The notes: generated by a model not told the origin, from the sequence alone. A DNA stretch of 27,266 nucleotides from Octopus sinensis (GCF_006345805.1 NW_021833384.1:1-27266); one strand, 5' to 3'; positions 1-9,711 are shown, counted from the stretch's first letter. A program made the numbers and translations.

Positions 1-43
<43 letters not shown>
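1..43. repeat. (TA)n microsatellite
   Basis: Pure TA run at the window start. Confidence 0.98.
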
Positions 44-48
<5 letters not shown>

Positions 49-275
49 AATTTAATAATAAGGGTGAAAAGATGAATATTAATTTGTTGATTAATATCAA
101 TTTAAAAGCAGTGGCCTAGCATATTGAAGAAATCTGAAGATTCAGAAAAATTATATTGCATACATATAAAAGGGATGACCATTATATTAGATGTAGACCC
201 CATAAGAAAAAAGATTGTTCTCATATATGCTAGATCCGAATCGAATTGTTTTTCAACAATAATAATGATTATATA

Positions 276-577
276 TCTATATATATAAAACTGTAGTTGT
301 GTGAGTGTCTGTCCCCTTCGATTTAGATTCCTAACTACTCCCACATTTTGCGGTGCAGTTTAACCAAAACCGGGTATCTTATAGTCGTGATTCATATCGA
401 GCCCTTCTGGGTATTAGCGCGCGTCTACGATGAGTCTACGATTTAAAAAAAAATTTACCATAATTTTTTTTTCCATTTTTAATGTATTTTTTTGCTATTT
501 TTTGGCTATAACTCTCTAAAAATGGTTATATAGTTATTTCCCTTACAAACCCGAGCAACGCCGGGCGATACTGCTAG
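276..577 (+). mobile_element. Non-autonomous Helitron (H1)
   Basis: Starts TC after A (275|276), ends CTAG followed by T (574-577|578), with subterminal GC hairpin CCCGAGCAACGCCGGG (550-565) and no TSD. The 5' part recurs at 18697 onward; the 3' part recurs inverted at 22280 onward. Confidence 0.88.
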
Positions 578-608
<31 letters not shown>

Positions 609-879
609 AAATAATCTGAGTCTTATATATTATCTTATCTTGTGTTTTCCAAAGCTTGTCTTCGAGTATCCACTACAGACGGACTTTGCTGAAATCAGAG
701 GATGAAATCCGCCAACAATTTCAACGGTCTGTAATGACATTTCTTCTATCCATCTTCTCGTATCAAAGTTATGTAGCTATACATAATAAATATATACTTA
801 GCTACATCGATACATCGATGTATATATATATATATATATATATATACCCCATACACCAGACATGTCTGTGTATATCTTC

Positions 880-1162
880 TGGTCTTTTCGTTTTCTCTTT
901 CTTTCTCTTTCTTTCGCTTCTCTTTATTTCTTTACCTTCCTTTTCTTTGTTTCGTCTGTTTCTCTCTCTCTTTCTTGCTCTCTCTCTTTCCGACACTCTG
1001 TATGTCTCTCTCTCTCTTTCCCCACACTCTTTATGTCTCTCAGTCTCTTTCTTGCTCTCTGTCTTTCTTACACTCTTTATGTCTCTCTCTTTCTTTTTCT
1101 TGCTCTATCTCTCTCAGTCTCTCTCCATCTCTCCATCTCTCTCACTCTCTTTCTCAATCTCC
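880..1162. repeat. CT-rich low-complexity tract (followed by (GCG)5 and a GA-rich tract to ~1500)
   Basis: Composition seen directly. Confidence 0.9.
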
Positions 1163-1520
1163 TGCAGCGGCGGCGGCGGCGGCCAAAAATTGTCGTCTGC
1201 TCAATGAATGCGGCGGCTGGGTTTTGTGTCGTCTGCTTCTTTTCTTGCCAGGTGGAGAAATAAAAAGTGAAGGGGAGGTAGGCGAGTAATAAGAGGTGAC
1301 TGTGGTAGGAAGGTGGTAAGAGGAGGAGAGGTGGTAAGGATGACGAGAGAGAAAGAGGAGAAGGATGAGACTGTTATAAAGAGTAAGAAAGAAATGCAGA
1401 AGAGAGAGAGAGAGAAGGGAGAACAAAGAGTTAGAAGCCAGAGTAGGAGGGAGGGAGGGAAAGAAAGGGTGTAAAGATGAGAGACAGAGAGGGAGATAAA
1501 ACAATATGGTTGAAGAAATT

Positions 1521-1822
1521 CTGACTGACTGGCTCTCCGTCGGTTACGACGACGAGTTTTTCAGTTGATCCGATCTACGGAACAGCCAGCTTGTGAAATC
1601 AACGTGCAGGTAGCTGTACACTCCACATGCACGAGTAACCCTTAACGTAGTTTTCAGGGAGATTCAGCGTGACTCAGAATGCTACAAGGTTGGGCTTTTG
1701 AAATGCATATACAACTTAGTTTTGTGAGCTGAGCGGACTGGAGTTACATGAAATAAAGTATCTTGCTCAAGGAGGACACAACACGTCGCCTGGAATCGAA
1801 CTCACCAGCGTAAGACCGTGAG
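1521..1822 (-). mobile_element. Diverged tRNA-derived SINE sharing its 3' part with the SINE at 6222-6602
   Basis: The reverse complement contains GCTGTTCCGTAGATCGGATCAACTG...CTCGTCGTCGTAACCGACGGAG, matching ~6538-6590. A B-box-like GAGTTCGATTCC lies at ~1792-1803 on the minus strand. Confidence 0.75.
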
Positions 1823-1833
1823 AGATAGAGAAA

Positions 1834-2228
1834 TCTCTCTCTCTATAAAGCTGAAGTTGTCTGTGTATGGCAGGTTTGGTAGCCTTCAACCAACACTATC
1901 TCCTCCGAGACCCTGCGGCGCAAGTTGACCAAAATTGAGAGTATGATAGAAGAAGGCTTGCTCTTCCTTCCGTAGAAGAAAAAATTCAAATCGGACCATG
2001 TTAACACCAAAAATTATTTACATAAAAAAGGTGCTTTTTTCTATGAAAATCCCTATTTTTTTTTTACAATTTTTTGACTGTTGTGTCGCCATTTCTCGGT
2101 GTATTTCAATCAGAAAAATGTTCACTTAAAGAGAATAACAAGCTACATAATGCAAAATTTTTACTTTTCAAAAATTCCAATTCTAAAGGTTCGAAACAAA
2201 TCCGTGCAACGCCGGACGATACTGCTAG
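1834..2228 (+). mobile_element. Non-autonomous Helitron (H2)
   Basis: A|TC start, 3' hairpin TCCGTGCAACGCCGGA (2201-2216), then CGATACTGCTAG|T. Same terminal motif as H1 but unrelated internal sequence. Confidence 0.85.
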
Positions 2229-2255
2229 TATATATATATATTATTTTATAGAAGG

Positions 2256-2306
2256 AGCTTCTACAGGACTAGAACTGTTTCATTCAGATGAAATCTTCAG
2301 GAAGCT
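2256..2306 (-). ncRNA. Type I hammerhead ribozyme motif (putative), mirror copy
   Basis: Exact reverse complement of 2338-2388 within the left palindrome arm. Confidence 0.7.
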
Positions 2307-2337
2307 GGCTGTCATACCAGAACTTATTTTGACAGCC

Positions 2338-2388
2338 AGCTTCCTGAAGATTTCATCTGAATGAAACAGTTCTAGTCCTGTAGAAGCT
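2338..2388 (+). ncRNA. Type I hammerhead ribozyme motif (putative)
   Basis: Stem I AGCTTC(2338-43)/GAAGCT(2383-88); core CTGAAGA (2344-50); stem II TTCA/TGAA with a U-U at its base; GAAA (2363-66); stem III CAG/CTG with loop TTCTAGTC; cleavage triplet GUA (cut predicted after 2382). Confidence 0.72.
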
Positions 2389-2470
2389 CCTTCTATAAAA
2401 TAAATTACTTTACTCTGCTATGTATTGAATACCTTATTTACTGTGGTTAACCCCGACTCAACCCGGGACC

Positions 2471-2526
<56 letters not shown>

Positions 2527-2534
2527 TATACGAG

Positions 2535-2728
2535 AACCAATGTGACCTTTACGTGGTAGCTAGACCTGCTAGAAGTAAAAGCGAAAACTCCCTCAAACCA
2601 CATTATTGTCTTCAAACGGATTACATTAAATAATATGGTTTGAGGTATGTCTGCATCAAAATGAGACGGTCACAGCTGCGACGCCTATGAGCATAGGCAA
2701 GCTCATTCAAGTTTGACCTTGGGCTAAA
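2535..2728 (+). mobile_element. Degenerate interspersed repeat (probable SINE 3' remnant)
   Basis: GACCTGCTAGAAGT...CTCCCTCAAACCACA...GACCTTGGGCTAAA followed by an A-rich tail. Resembles an octopus repeat from memory only. Confidence 0.3.
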
Positions 2729-2887
2729 GAAAAGCAAAAAAAAAGACATATCGAGACAATGTAGTCCTCTGTAGCTCTTGAATGGACGGGTTGGCCACGA
2801 CCGGAATGCTTTTGATCAAAGATGACCAGAGGCGGCATTGCATCTTCCTCCAACACTTCGTACTTTCATTCTTTTTATTTCTCTGAA

Positions 2888-2896
2888 TCTCTCTCG

Positions 2897-2968
<72 letters not shown>

Positions 2969-2978
2969 CTCTCTCCTC
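2888..2978. repeat. (CT)n microsatellite with CG interruptions
   Basis: Seen directly. Confidence 0.95.
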
Positions 2979-3255
2979 TGAAATCTTTCTGTCATCCTCT
3001 CTCGTGCAATTTCTCCCACTCCTGTTTCCATTCACACTCCTCTCCCTCTGCCCTTTCCCTTCCTTGCTTTTCACTCCTTCCACCTCCACCATCGGCTGCA
3101 GTCCTTTCAAGTCAACACTTCTCCTGAAATTACCTCCCACCACGTTTTTCCTTCTTGCCTTTCTTTTCAACAACCTCTTACCAACACTCCGCCTTTTGAT
3201 CAACGCTTTCCCTAACTCTCAATTTAATTCTCTCTCTCTCCGTTTCGTTCTCATT

Positions 3256-4265
3256 CTTTCTCTCCCTTTCTCCATCTCTCTTTCTCTCCCTCTCTTTCCA
3301 TTTCTTTCCTACTCTTTCTCTCCCTTTCTCCATCTCTCTTTCTCTCCCTCTCTTTCCATTTCTTTCCTACTCTTTCTCTCCCTTTCTCCATCTCTCTTTC
3401 TCTCCCTCTCTTTCCATTTCTTTCCTACTCTTTCTCTCCCTTTCTCCATCTCTCTTTCTCTCCCTCTCTTTCCATTTCTTTCCTACTCTTTCTCTCCCTT
3501 TCTCCATCTCTCTTTCTCTCCCTCTCTTTCCATTTCTTTCCTACTCTTTGTCTCCCTTTCTCCGCCTCTCTTTCTCTCCCTCCCTTTCCATTTCTTTCCT
3601 ACTCTTTCTCCGCCTCTCTTTCCATTTCTTTCCTACTCTTTCTCTCCCTTTCTCCATCTCTCTTTCTCTCCCTCTCTTTCCATTTCTTTCCTACTCTTTG
3701 TCTCCCTTTCTCCGCCTCTCTTTCTCTCCCTCCCTTTCCATTTCTTTCCTACTCTTTCTCCGCCTCTCTTTCCATTTCTTTCCTACTCTTTCTCCGCCTC
3801 TCTTTCCATTTCTTTCCCACTCTTTCTCTCCTTTTCTCCATCTCTCTTTCTCTCCCTCTCTTTCCATTTCTTTCCTACTCTTTGTCTCCCTTTCTCCGCC
3901 TCTCTTTCTCTCCCTCCCTTTCCATTTCTTTCCTACTCTTTCTCCGCCTCTCTTTCCATTTCTTTCCTACTCTTTCTCTCCCTTTCTCCATCTCTCTTTC
4001 TCTCCCTCTCTTTCCATTTCTTTCCTACTCTTTGTCTCCCTTTCTCCGCCTCTCTTTCTCTCCCTCCCTTTCCATTTCTTTCCTACTCTTTCTCCGCCTC
4101 TCTTTCCATTTCTTTCCTACTCTTTCTCTCCCTTTCTCCATCTCTCTTTCTCTCCCTCTCTTTCCATTTCTTTCCTACTCTTTCTCTCCATTTCTCCATC
4201 TCTCTTTCTCTCCCTCTCTTTCCATTTCTTTCCTACTCCTTCTCTGCCTTTCTCCATCTCTCTCC
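3256..4265. repeat. Polypyrimidine minisatellite, 58-bp basic unit with 150/184-bp higher-order repeats
   Basis: CCATCTC recurs at 3272, 3330, 3388 (58-bp period). The variant TTTGTCTCCC marker G falls at 3550, 3700, 3884, 4034. Confidence 0.93.
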
Positions 4266-4772
4266 CTACTTCTCATCCCCCCTCTCTCTGCTTCTTTTTC
4301 GCTCTTTCTCTCCTTCTCATTATCTCTGCTCCTACCTCTCGCCCATCGCTCTCCGTTTCTTTCTCGTTCTTTTTCTTTCTTCCCTTTTCCTATTCTCTCT
4401 CTCTCCGTTTCTTTCTCACTCTATCTCTTTCTTCATCTTTGCTCTGACCTCTCCCCAACCCTCTCGCTCCGTTTCTTTCTCTCTCTTTCTCTCTCTTTCT
4501 CATTACCTCCTCCTATCTCTCCTCTCCAGCGTTCTCTTCCCTCTCATTACTTGTCTTCCCTTTCCTCCTCTTTCTCCCTCTCCACCTCTTTCACACCTTC
4601 CATCTCATCGTTTCTTTTCTTTCATATTCCCCCCTCCCCCAACACTTTATCTCCAGCTTATCGTCTGCTCTTTCGGTTCCCATTTCCTTCTGCTTAGTCA
4701 ACGTGTATCTCTTAGTATAGCCATCCCCATCTTCTCGCGTTCATGTTCCCATTCACCCCCACTCCGTCTCAC

Positions 4773-5285
4773 TCTCACGTTCTCACGTCCTACGTCCTCA
4801 CGTCATACGCCCTCACGTTCTCACTTCCTCACTTCCTCACGTCCTCACGTCCTCACGTTCTCACGCCCTACGTCCTCACGTCATACGCCCTCACGTCATA
4901 CGTCCTCACGTCATACGTCCTCACGTCCTCACGTTATCACGTCCTACGTTCTCACGTCCTCACGTCACCACGTTCTCACGTCCTACGTCCTCACGTCATA
5001 CATCCTCACGTCCTCGCGTCATCACGTCCTGGCGTCATCACGTCCTCACGTCCTACGTCCTCACGTCCTACGTCCTCACGTCCTACGTCCTCACGTCCTA
5101 CGTCCTCACGTCCTACGTCCTCACGTCATACGTCATCACGTCCTCACGTCATCACGTCCTACGCCCTCACGTTCTCACGTCCTGCGTTCTCACACCCTCA
5201 CGTTCTCACACCCTCACGTTCTCACGTTCTCACGTTCTCACGTCCTCACGTTCTCACTTCCTCACGTCTTCATGTCCTCACGTTC
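4773..5285. repeat. CpG-rich minisatellite of 7-8-bp units (CTCACGTC / CTACGTC / CATACGTC / CTCACGTT)
   Basis: Dozens of ACGT-core units seen directly. Confidence 0.93.
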
Positions 5286-5345
5286 ATTGTTTTTCTTTTT
5301 TACATGTTTTATCCGCTTCTTTGAATTGTTTATTTGAATTGACTA

Positions 5346-5660
5346 TATATGTGTCTGTGTATGTGTGTTTCTGTGTCTGTGTTTATCCTGTCACACCGCT
5401 TGACAAACGGTACTGGTGTTTTTACGTCCCCGTAACATAGCAGTTCGGCAATAGGAACGTTAGAAAAAGTACCAGGCTTAGAAAAAAAAAAGTGAAGTAG
5501 GCGTAGGAGTGGCTGTGTGGTAAGTAGCTTGCTTACCAACTACATAGTTCCAGCTTCAGTCTTCCGGGTTCCTTGGGCAAGTGTCTTCTACTATAGCCTC
5601 GGGCCGACCAAAGCTTTGTGAGTGGATTTGGTAGACGGAAACTGAAAGAAGCCCGTCGTA

Positions 5661-5700
<40 letters not shown>

Positions 5701-6127
5701 TATATATATATTATATATATATATATATATGTATATGTGTGTGTGTGTGTTTGTGTGTCTGTGTTTGTCTTCCCAACATCGCTTGATAACGGATGGCGGT
5801 GTGTTCATGTACCCGTCACTTAGCGGTTCGGCAAAAGAGAGACCACCGATGCTGGTATGTTTACCTCCCCGTAGCCTAGCGGTTCAGAAAGAGAGACCAA
5901 TAGAATAAGTGCAAGGCTTCCAAAGAATAAGTCCTGGGGGGGGATTTGCTCGACCAAAAAAAGGCGGTGCTCCAGCATGGCCGCGGTCAAATGACTGAAA
6001 CGAGTAAAAGAGTAAAAAGGAGTCAGTCCTAGGGTCGATTCGTTCGACTAAAAATCCCCCCAAGGAGGTGCCCCAGCATGGGCGGCAGTCTAACGACCGA
6101 AACAGGTGAATGACGAAAGATAAAAGA
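5346..6127 (+). mobile_element. Older SINE 3' half, split (5346-~5495 and ~6024-6127) by a younger related SINE
   Basis: The left piece ends ...AAGTACCAGGCTTAGAAAA and the right piece resumes AGTCCTAGGGTCGATTCGTTCGAC...CCAGCATGG...GAAAC, colinear with the intact tails at 20265-20528 and 21625-21855. Confidence 0.7.
5500..6021 (+). mobile_element. tRNA-derived SINE, full length, with internal (TA)n(TG)n tract
   Basis: Head GGCGTAGGAGTGGCTGTGTGGTAAG (A-box-like), conserved body, (GTAAAAGA)n-type tail. Homologous to 21268-21855. Carries a ~55-bp internal duplication near 5790-5898. Confidence 0.88.
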
Positions 6128-6221
6128 CGCTTAAGTTCAACAAAACGTTCAAGACTGAGATCTTTTGCTCAAAACGCCATTTGTAAAAAACATAGCGTTT
6201 TATTATTATTATTTACATTTG

Positions 6222-6602
6222 GTGGAGGCGCAATGGCCCAGTGGTTACGGCAGCGGACTCGCGGTCATAGGATCGCGGTTTCGATTCCCAGACCGGGCGT
6301 TGTGAGTGTTTATTGAGCGAAAAACACCTAAAAGCTCCACGAGGCTCCGGCAGGTTGATGGTGGTGATCCCTGCTGTACTCTTTCACCACAACTTTCTCT
6401 CACTCTTACTTCCTGTTTCTGTTGTACCTGTATTTCAAAGGGGCCGGCCTTGTCACTCTCTGTGTCACGCTGAATATCCCCAAGGGTACACGTGTCTGTG
6501 TAGTGCTCAGCCACTTACACGTTAATTTCACGAGCAGGCTGTTCCGTTGATTCGGATCAACCGGAACCCTCGTCGTCGTAATCGACGGAGTGCTTCCATC
6601 CC
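6222..6602 (+). mobile_element. tRNA-derived SINE, full length, with 11-bp TSD
   Basis: A box TGGCCCAGTGG, B box GTTTCGATTCC, flanking direct repeat ATTTACATTTG at 6211-6221 and 6603-6613. Confidence 0.9.
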
Positions 6603-6687
6603 ATTTACATTTGACATACTACACTGTTGCTGTTGTTGTCATCGCAGTCGAAAGTCTTGTCTTTTATGCTGTATCATTCTATTAGAG

Positions 6688-6713
6688 TATTATTATTATT
6701 ATTATTATTATTA

Positions 6714-6749
<36 letters not shown>

Positions 6750-6763
6750 CATTATTATTATTA
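6688..6763. repeat. (TTA)n array (others at 7547-7615, 8134-8178, 8605-8653; (TAA)n at 8980-9020, 9159-9213, 9340-9381)
   Basis: Seen directly; the arrays abut the LINE fragments. Confidence 0.97.
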
Positions 6764-7546
6764 CTTTTTTTTCTTCTTTCAAATTTGCTTCCATTTCTTG
6801 CCGAGTGTCTTGTCGACTCCTAGGGCAAAGAAACTCATAGTATACATTGGTAGGCCATTAAACCAAACTCAATAGTTCGTTCATTTTTTAAATTTTTTTA
6901 GGTTAAATTAAAATACATGAGCAGCAACAGTTCTCACATCGACAATGCTCTTCTCAATACATGTGATGTACCAGTTAAGACAATCTTTTGCACTTCTTGC
7001 AGGGATGGTAAGCCAGGGATCATTCTCATATAATTTTCGGTTCCCTTCTTGATCATTCCTAGTGCTCCTACGATCACTGGTATTGTAACCGCCTTGAGAT
7101 GCCACATTTTCTCAATTTCAATGAGTAGGTCTTTATATTTTCTGAGCTTGTCAAACTCTTTCGCTGAGATATTATGATCACAGGGGATGCTCATGTCGAT
7201 CAATAAGCAAACTTTATTGTTTTGGTCTTTCACAACAATATCTGGTTTATTGGCCTTGATGGTTCGGTCTGTATGTACTGGAAAGTCCCACAGAATGGTT
7301 ACATTTTCTCCTTCAGTTACAGCCTCAGGGTGGTGATTATACCACTTATCGGCAGTTTTGATATTGTAATGCCGACTTATTAGCCAGTGGAGATATTGGC
7401 CAACTCTGTCATGTCTTAATTTATACTCCACTGGTGCTAAGACTTTACATACAGAGATTAGGTGGTCCACTGTTTCAATCATGTCGTTGCAGAATCGGCA
7501 TTTTGGGTCTGCTCCATTTTTCATCACATTGGCCTGGTAGTTCCGG
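6764..7546 (-). mobile_element. 5'-truncated R4/Dong-like RLE non-LTR retrotransposon, family A copy 1
   Basis: Encodes CCHC knuckle and restriction-like endonuclease, followed by a ~170-bp 3' UTR; (TAA)n on both sides. Confidence 0.9.
6934..7546 (-). pseudogene. C-terminal fragment of non-LTR retrotransposon ORF (CCHC zinc knuckle + RLE endonuclease)
   Basis: CRFC...ETVDHLISVC, RHD, ILWDFPVHTDR, KPDIVV...LIDMSIP...KLRKYKDL, PVIVGALG. Frame is open from the truncation point to the stop at 6934; no RT domain. Confidence 0.92.
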
Positions 7547-7615
<69 letters not shown>

Positions 7616-8131
7616 GTTCAGTAGTATATTTTTTATATCGTGCTTTCACTTCACTACCGAGCGCAGCTCTGTGTGCCTTGGGTATGTGCTGTGATTTGTT
7701 GTGATGCTCTGATGGTTATTGTATGGAAAGTGTTCTGCGTAGGATGTGTGCAGTGCCTAGTAGTGCAATTTTCTGTATGTTATATGTGTTTGTAAGTCCT
7801 GGTGTTTTTGGTATGTATTTGTCTGAATATATTTTTATCATGCCTAATGCACCTACTATGATAGGAATGGTTTCTGTTTTTAGGTCCCACATTCTGGTTA
7901 CCTCTATTTCCAGGTCTTTGTATTTTGAAAGTTTCTCCATTTCTTTTAGAGACACGTTGTCATCTGCCGGTATTGATACATCAATTAGAAAGCATTTTTT
8001 TCCTTCATGATCTCTGACAACTATATCTGGGCTGTTGGCCTTAATTTCTCTATCCGTGTGTATCGGCATATCCCAGAGTATGGTTGCTTTCTCGTTTTCT
8101 GTGACCTTTTCTGGTGTGTGCCTATACCATC

Positions 8132-8134
<3 letters not shown>
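7616..8134 (-). mobile_element. 5'-truncated R4/Dong-like element, family B (RLE fragment 7716-8134)
   Basis: WYRHTPEKVTENEKATILWDMPIHTDREIKANSPDIVV...LIDVSIP...KLSKYKDL...PIIVGALG; 3' UTR differs from family A. The N-terminal poly-Asn of the listed ORF is just the flanking array. Confidence 0.9.
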
Positions 8135-8178
<44 letters not shown>

Positions 8179-8179
<1 letters not shown>

Positions 8180-8601
8180 TTTTTTTTTCTTCTTTCAAAT
8201 TTGCTTCCATTTCTTGCCGAGTGTCTTCCCGACTCCCAGGGTAAAGAAACTCATAGTATACATTGGTAGGCCATTAAACCAAACTCAATAGTTCGTTCAT
8301 TTAAAAAAAAAAAATTTATATTTTATTTTTAATTTAAATTAAAATACATGAGCAGCAACGGTTCTCACATCGACAATGCTCTTCTCAATACGTGTGATGT
8401 ACCAGTTAAGACAATCTTTTGCACTTCTTGCAGGGATGGTAAGCCAGGGATCATTCTCATATAATTTTCGGTTCCCTTCTTGATCATTCCTAGTGCTCCT
8501 ACGATCACTGGTATTGTAACCGCCTTGAGATGCCACATTTTCTCAATTTCAATGAGTAGGTCTTTATATTTTCTGAGCTTGTCAAACTCTTTCGCTGAGA
8601 T
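8179..8601 (-). mobile_element. 5'-truncated R4/Dong-like element, family A copy 2
   Basis: The peptide ISAKEFDK...RRALSM (8365-8601) is identical to the end of copy 1, with the same 3' UTR. Confidence 0.92.
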
Positions 8602-8616
8602 CATATAATATTATAA

Positions 8617-8653
<37 letters not shown>

Positions 8654-9034
8654 GTTTCCAATTTTCTGCTATTCTGCTATTTGTGAGCTCATTTATAATT
8701 TGTCTGTTTTTTTTTCCACATCTTATTTTCTTGTTGGGTGATGTTTTTTTTCTCTACTAATAATTTTGCTAAAGCACGGATCAGAGGAAAGCGGAAACCA
8801 TGTTGTTTTTTTTCCCCCCTTTTTGCCATAAACTTAGACGATAAAACAAAAATTGAGGTATTTTCTTGAGAAACAATCAGGCTGGCTTACCCCTTGTGAC
8901 GGGTATTATACCTTTCAAAATGTTCAATTAAGAAATAATGCAGAAGAATTTAAGCACGTCTTAAGAGATGCCTGTGGTAAATAATAATAATAATAATAAT
9001 GATAATAATAATAATAATAAAAAAAAAATAAATA

Positions 9035-9157
9035 AAAAATGAACGAACTATTGAGTTTGGTTTAATGGCCTACCAATGTATACTATGAGTTTCTTTGCCC
9101 TACGAGTCGGGAAGACACTCGGCAAGAAATGGAAGCAAATGTGAAAGAAGAAAAAAA

Positions 9158-9158
<1 letters not shown>
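9035..9158 (+). mobile_element. Family A 3' UTR-only copy, opposite orientation
   Basis: Reverse complement of ~6764-6890 with few substitutions; followed by (TAA)n on the plus strand. Confidence 0.88.
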
Positions 9159-9197
<39 letters not shown>

Positions 9198-9345
9198 TAA
9201 TAATAATAATAATGATGGATGACTAAATTACAACAGGTATATACCTCATTGTCTATATTATAGTGCATTGTTGTACCATTCAAAACTATTTATTCTTTAC
9301 AGCAATTCACAATGCTTCAAGCGAACTGCAATACTCTCGTAATAA

Positions 9346-9382
<37 letters not shown>

Positions 9383-9439
9383 TATGTTCGTACACATATA
9401 TATATATACAAACGCACAACCAACACCAGCTCCACCGGT

Positions 9440-9473
9440 AATGATGATGATGACGATGATAATGACGATGATG

Positions 9474-9512
<39 letters not shown>

Positions 9513-9657
9513 GCGACGATGATGATGGCAACGACGATGATGATGGCGACGACGATGGTAATGACGATGATGACAATGATGACGATGATGACGATGATGA
9601 TGATAGTGATGATGATGATGATGATGATAGTGATAGTGATGATGATGACGACGACGA
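9440..9657. repeat. (GAT/GAC)n degenerate trinucleotide repeat
   Basis: Seen directly. Confidence 0.95.
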
Positions 9658-9711
9658 AGGAAAAGAAGAGAGAAAGGCAAAGTTAGAACAATGGATGAGA
9701 GAAAACGAAGA

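Larger units (their letters stand above)
2241..2403. repeat. Perfect inverted repeat, 74-bp arms (2241-2314 / 2330-2403), 15-nt spacer
   Basis: Arms compared base by base and are exact reverse complements. Confidence 0.97.
2241..2470 (+). mobile_element. Probable Penelope-like element terminal (pLTR) fragment with inverted partial duplication, embedded in (TA)n
   Basis: Hammerhead motif plus an inverted terminal duplication are established PLE hallmarks. TA runs flank both sides (2229-2240, 2475-2520). No RT or GIY-YIG coding sequence is present. Confidence 0.55.

Noticed and set aside
133-160. CTGAAGATTCAGAAA as a second hammerhead (also CTGATAATGAAAC near 22244)
   Set aside because: Stems I/III and a valid cleavage triplet cannot be formed, or the core is mutated.
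3004-5337. 777-aa ORF and overlapping S/L/F/P-rich ORFs
   Set aside because: Translation of pyrimidine and ACGT minisatellites that cannot form stops; open in several frames; no domain.
6222-6300. Possible tRNA gene
   Set aside because: A/B boxes continue into a SINE body bounded by a TSD; it is a tRNA-derived head.
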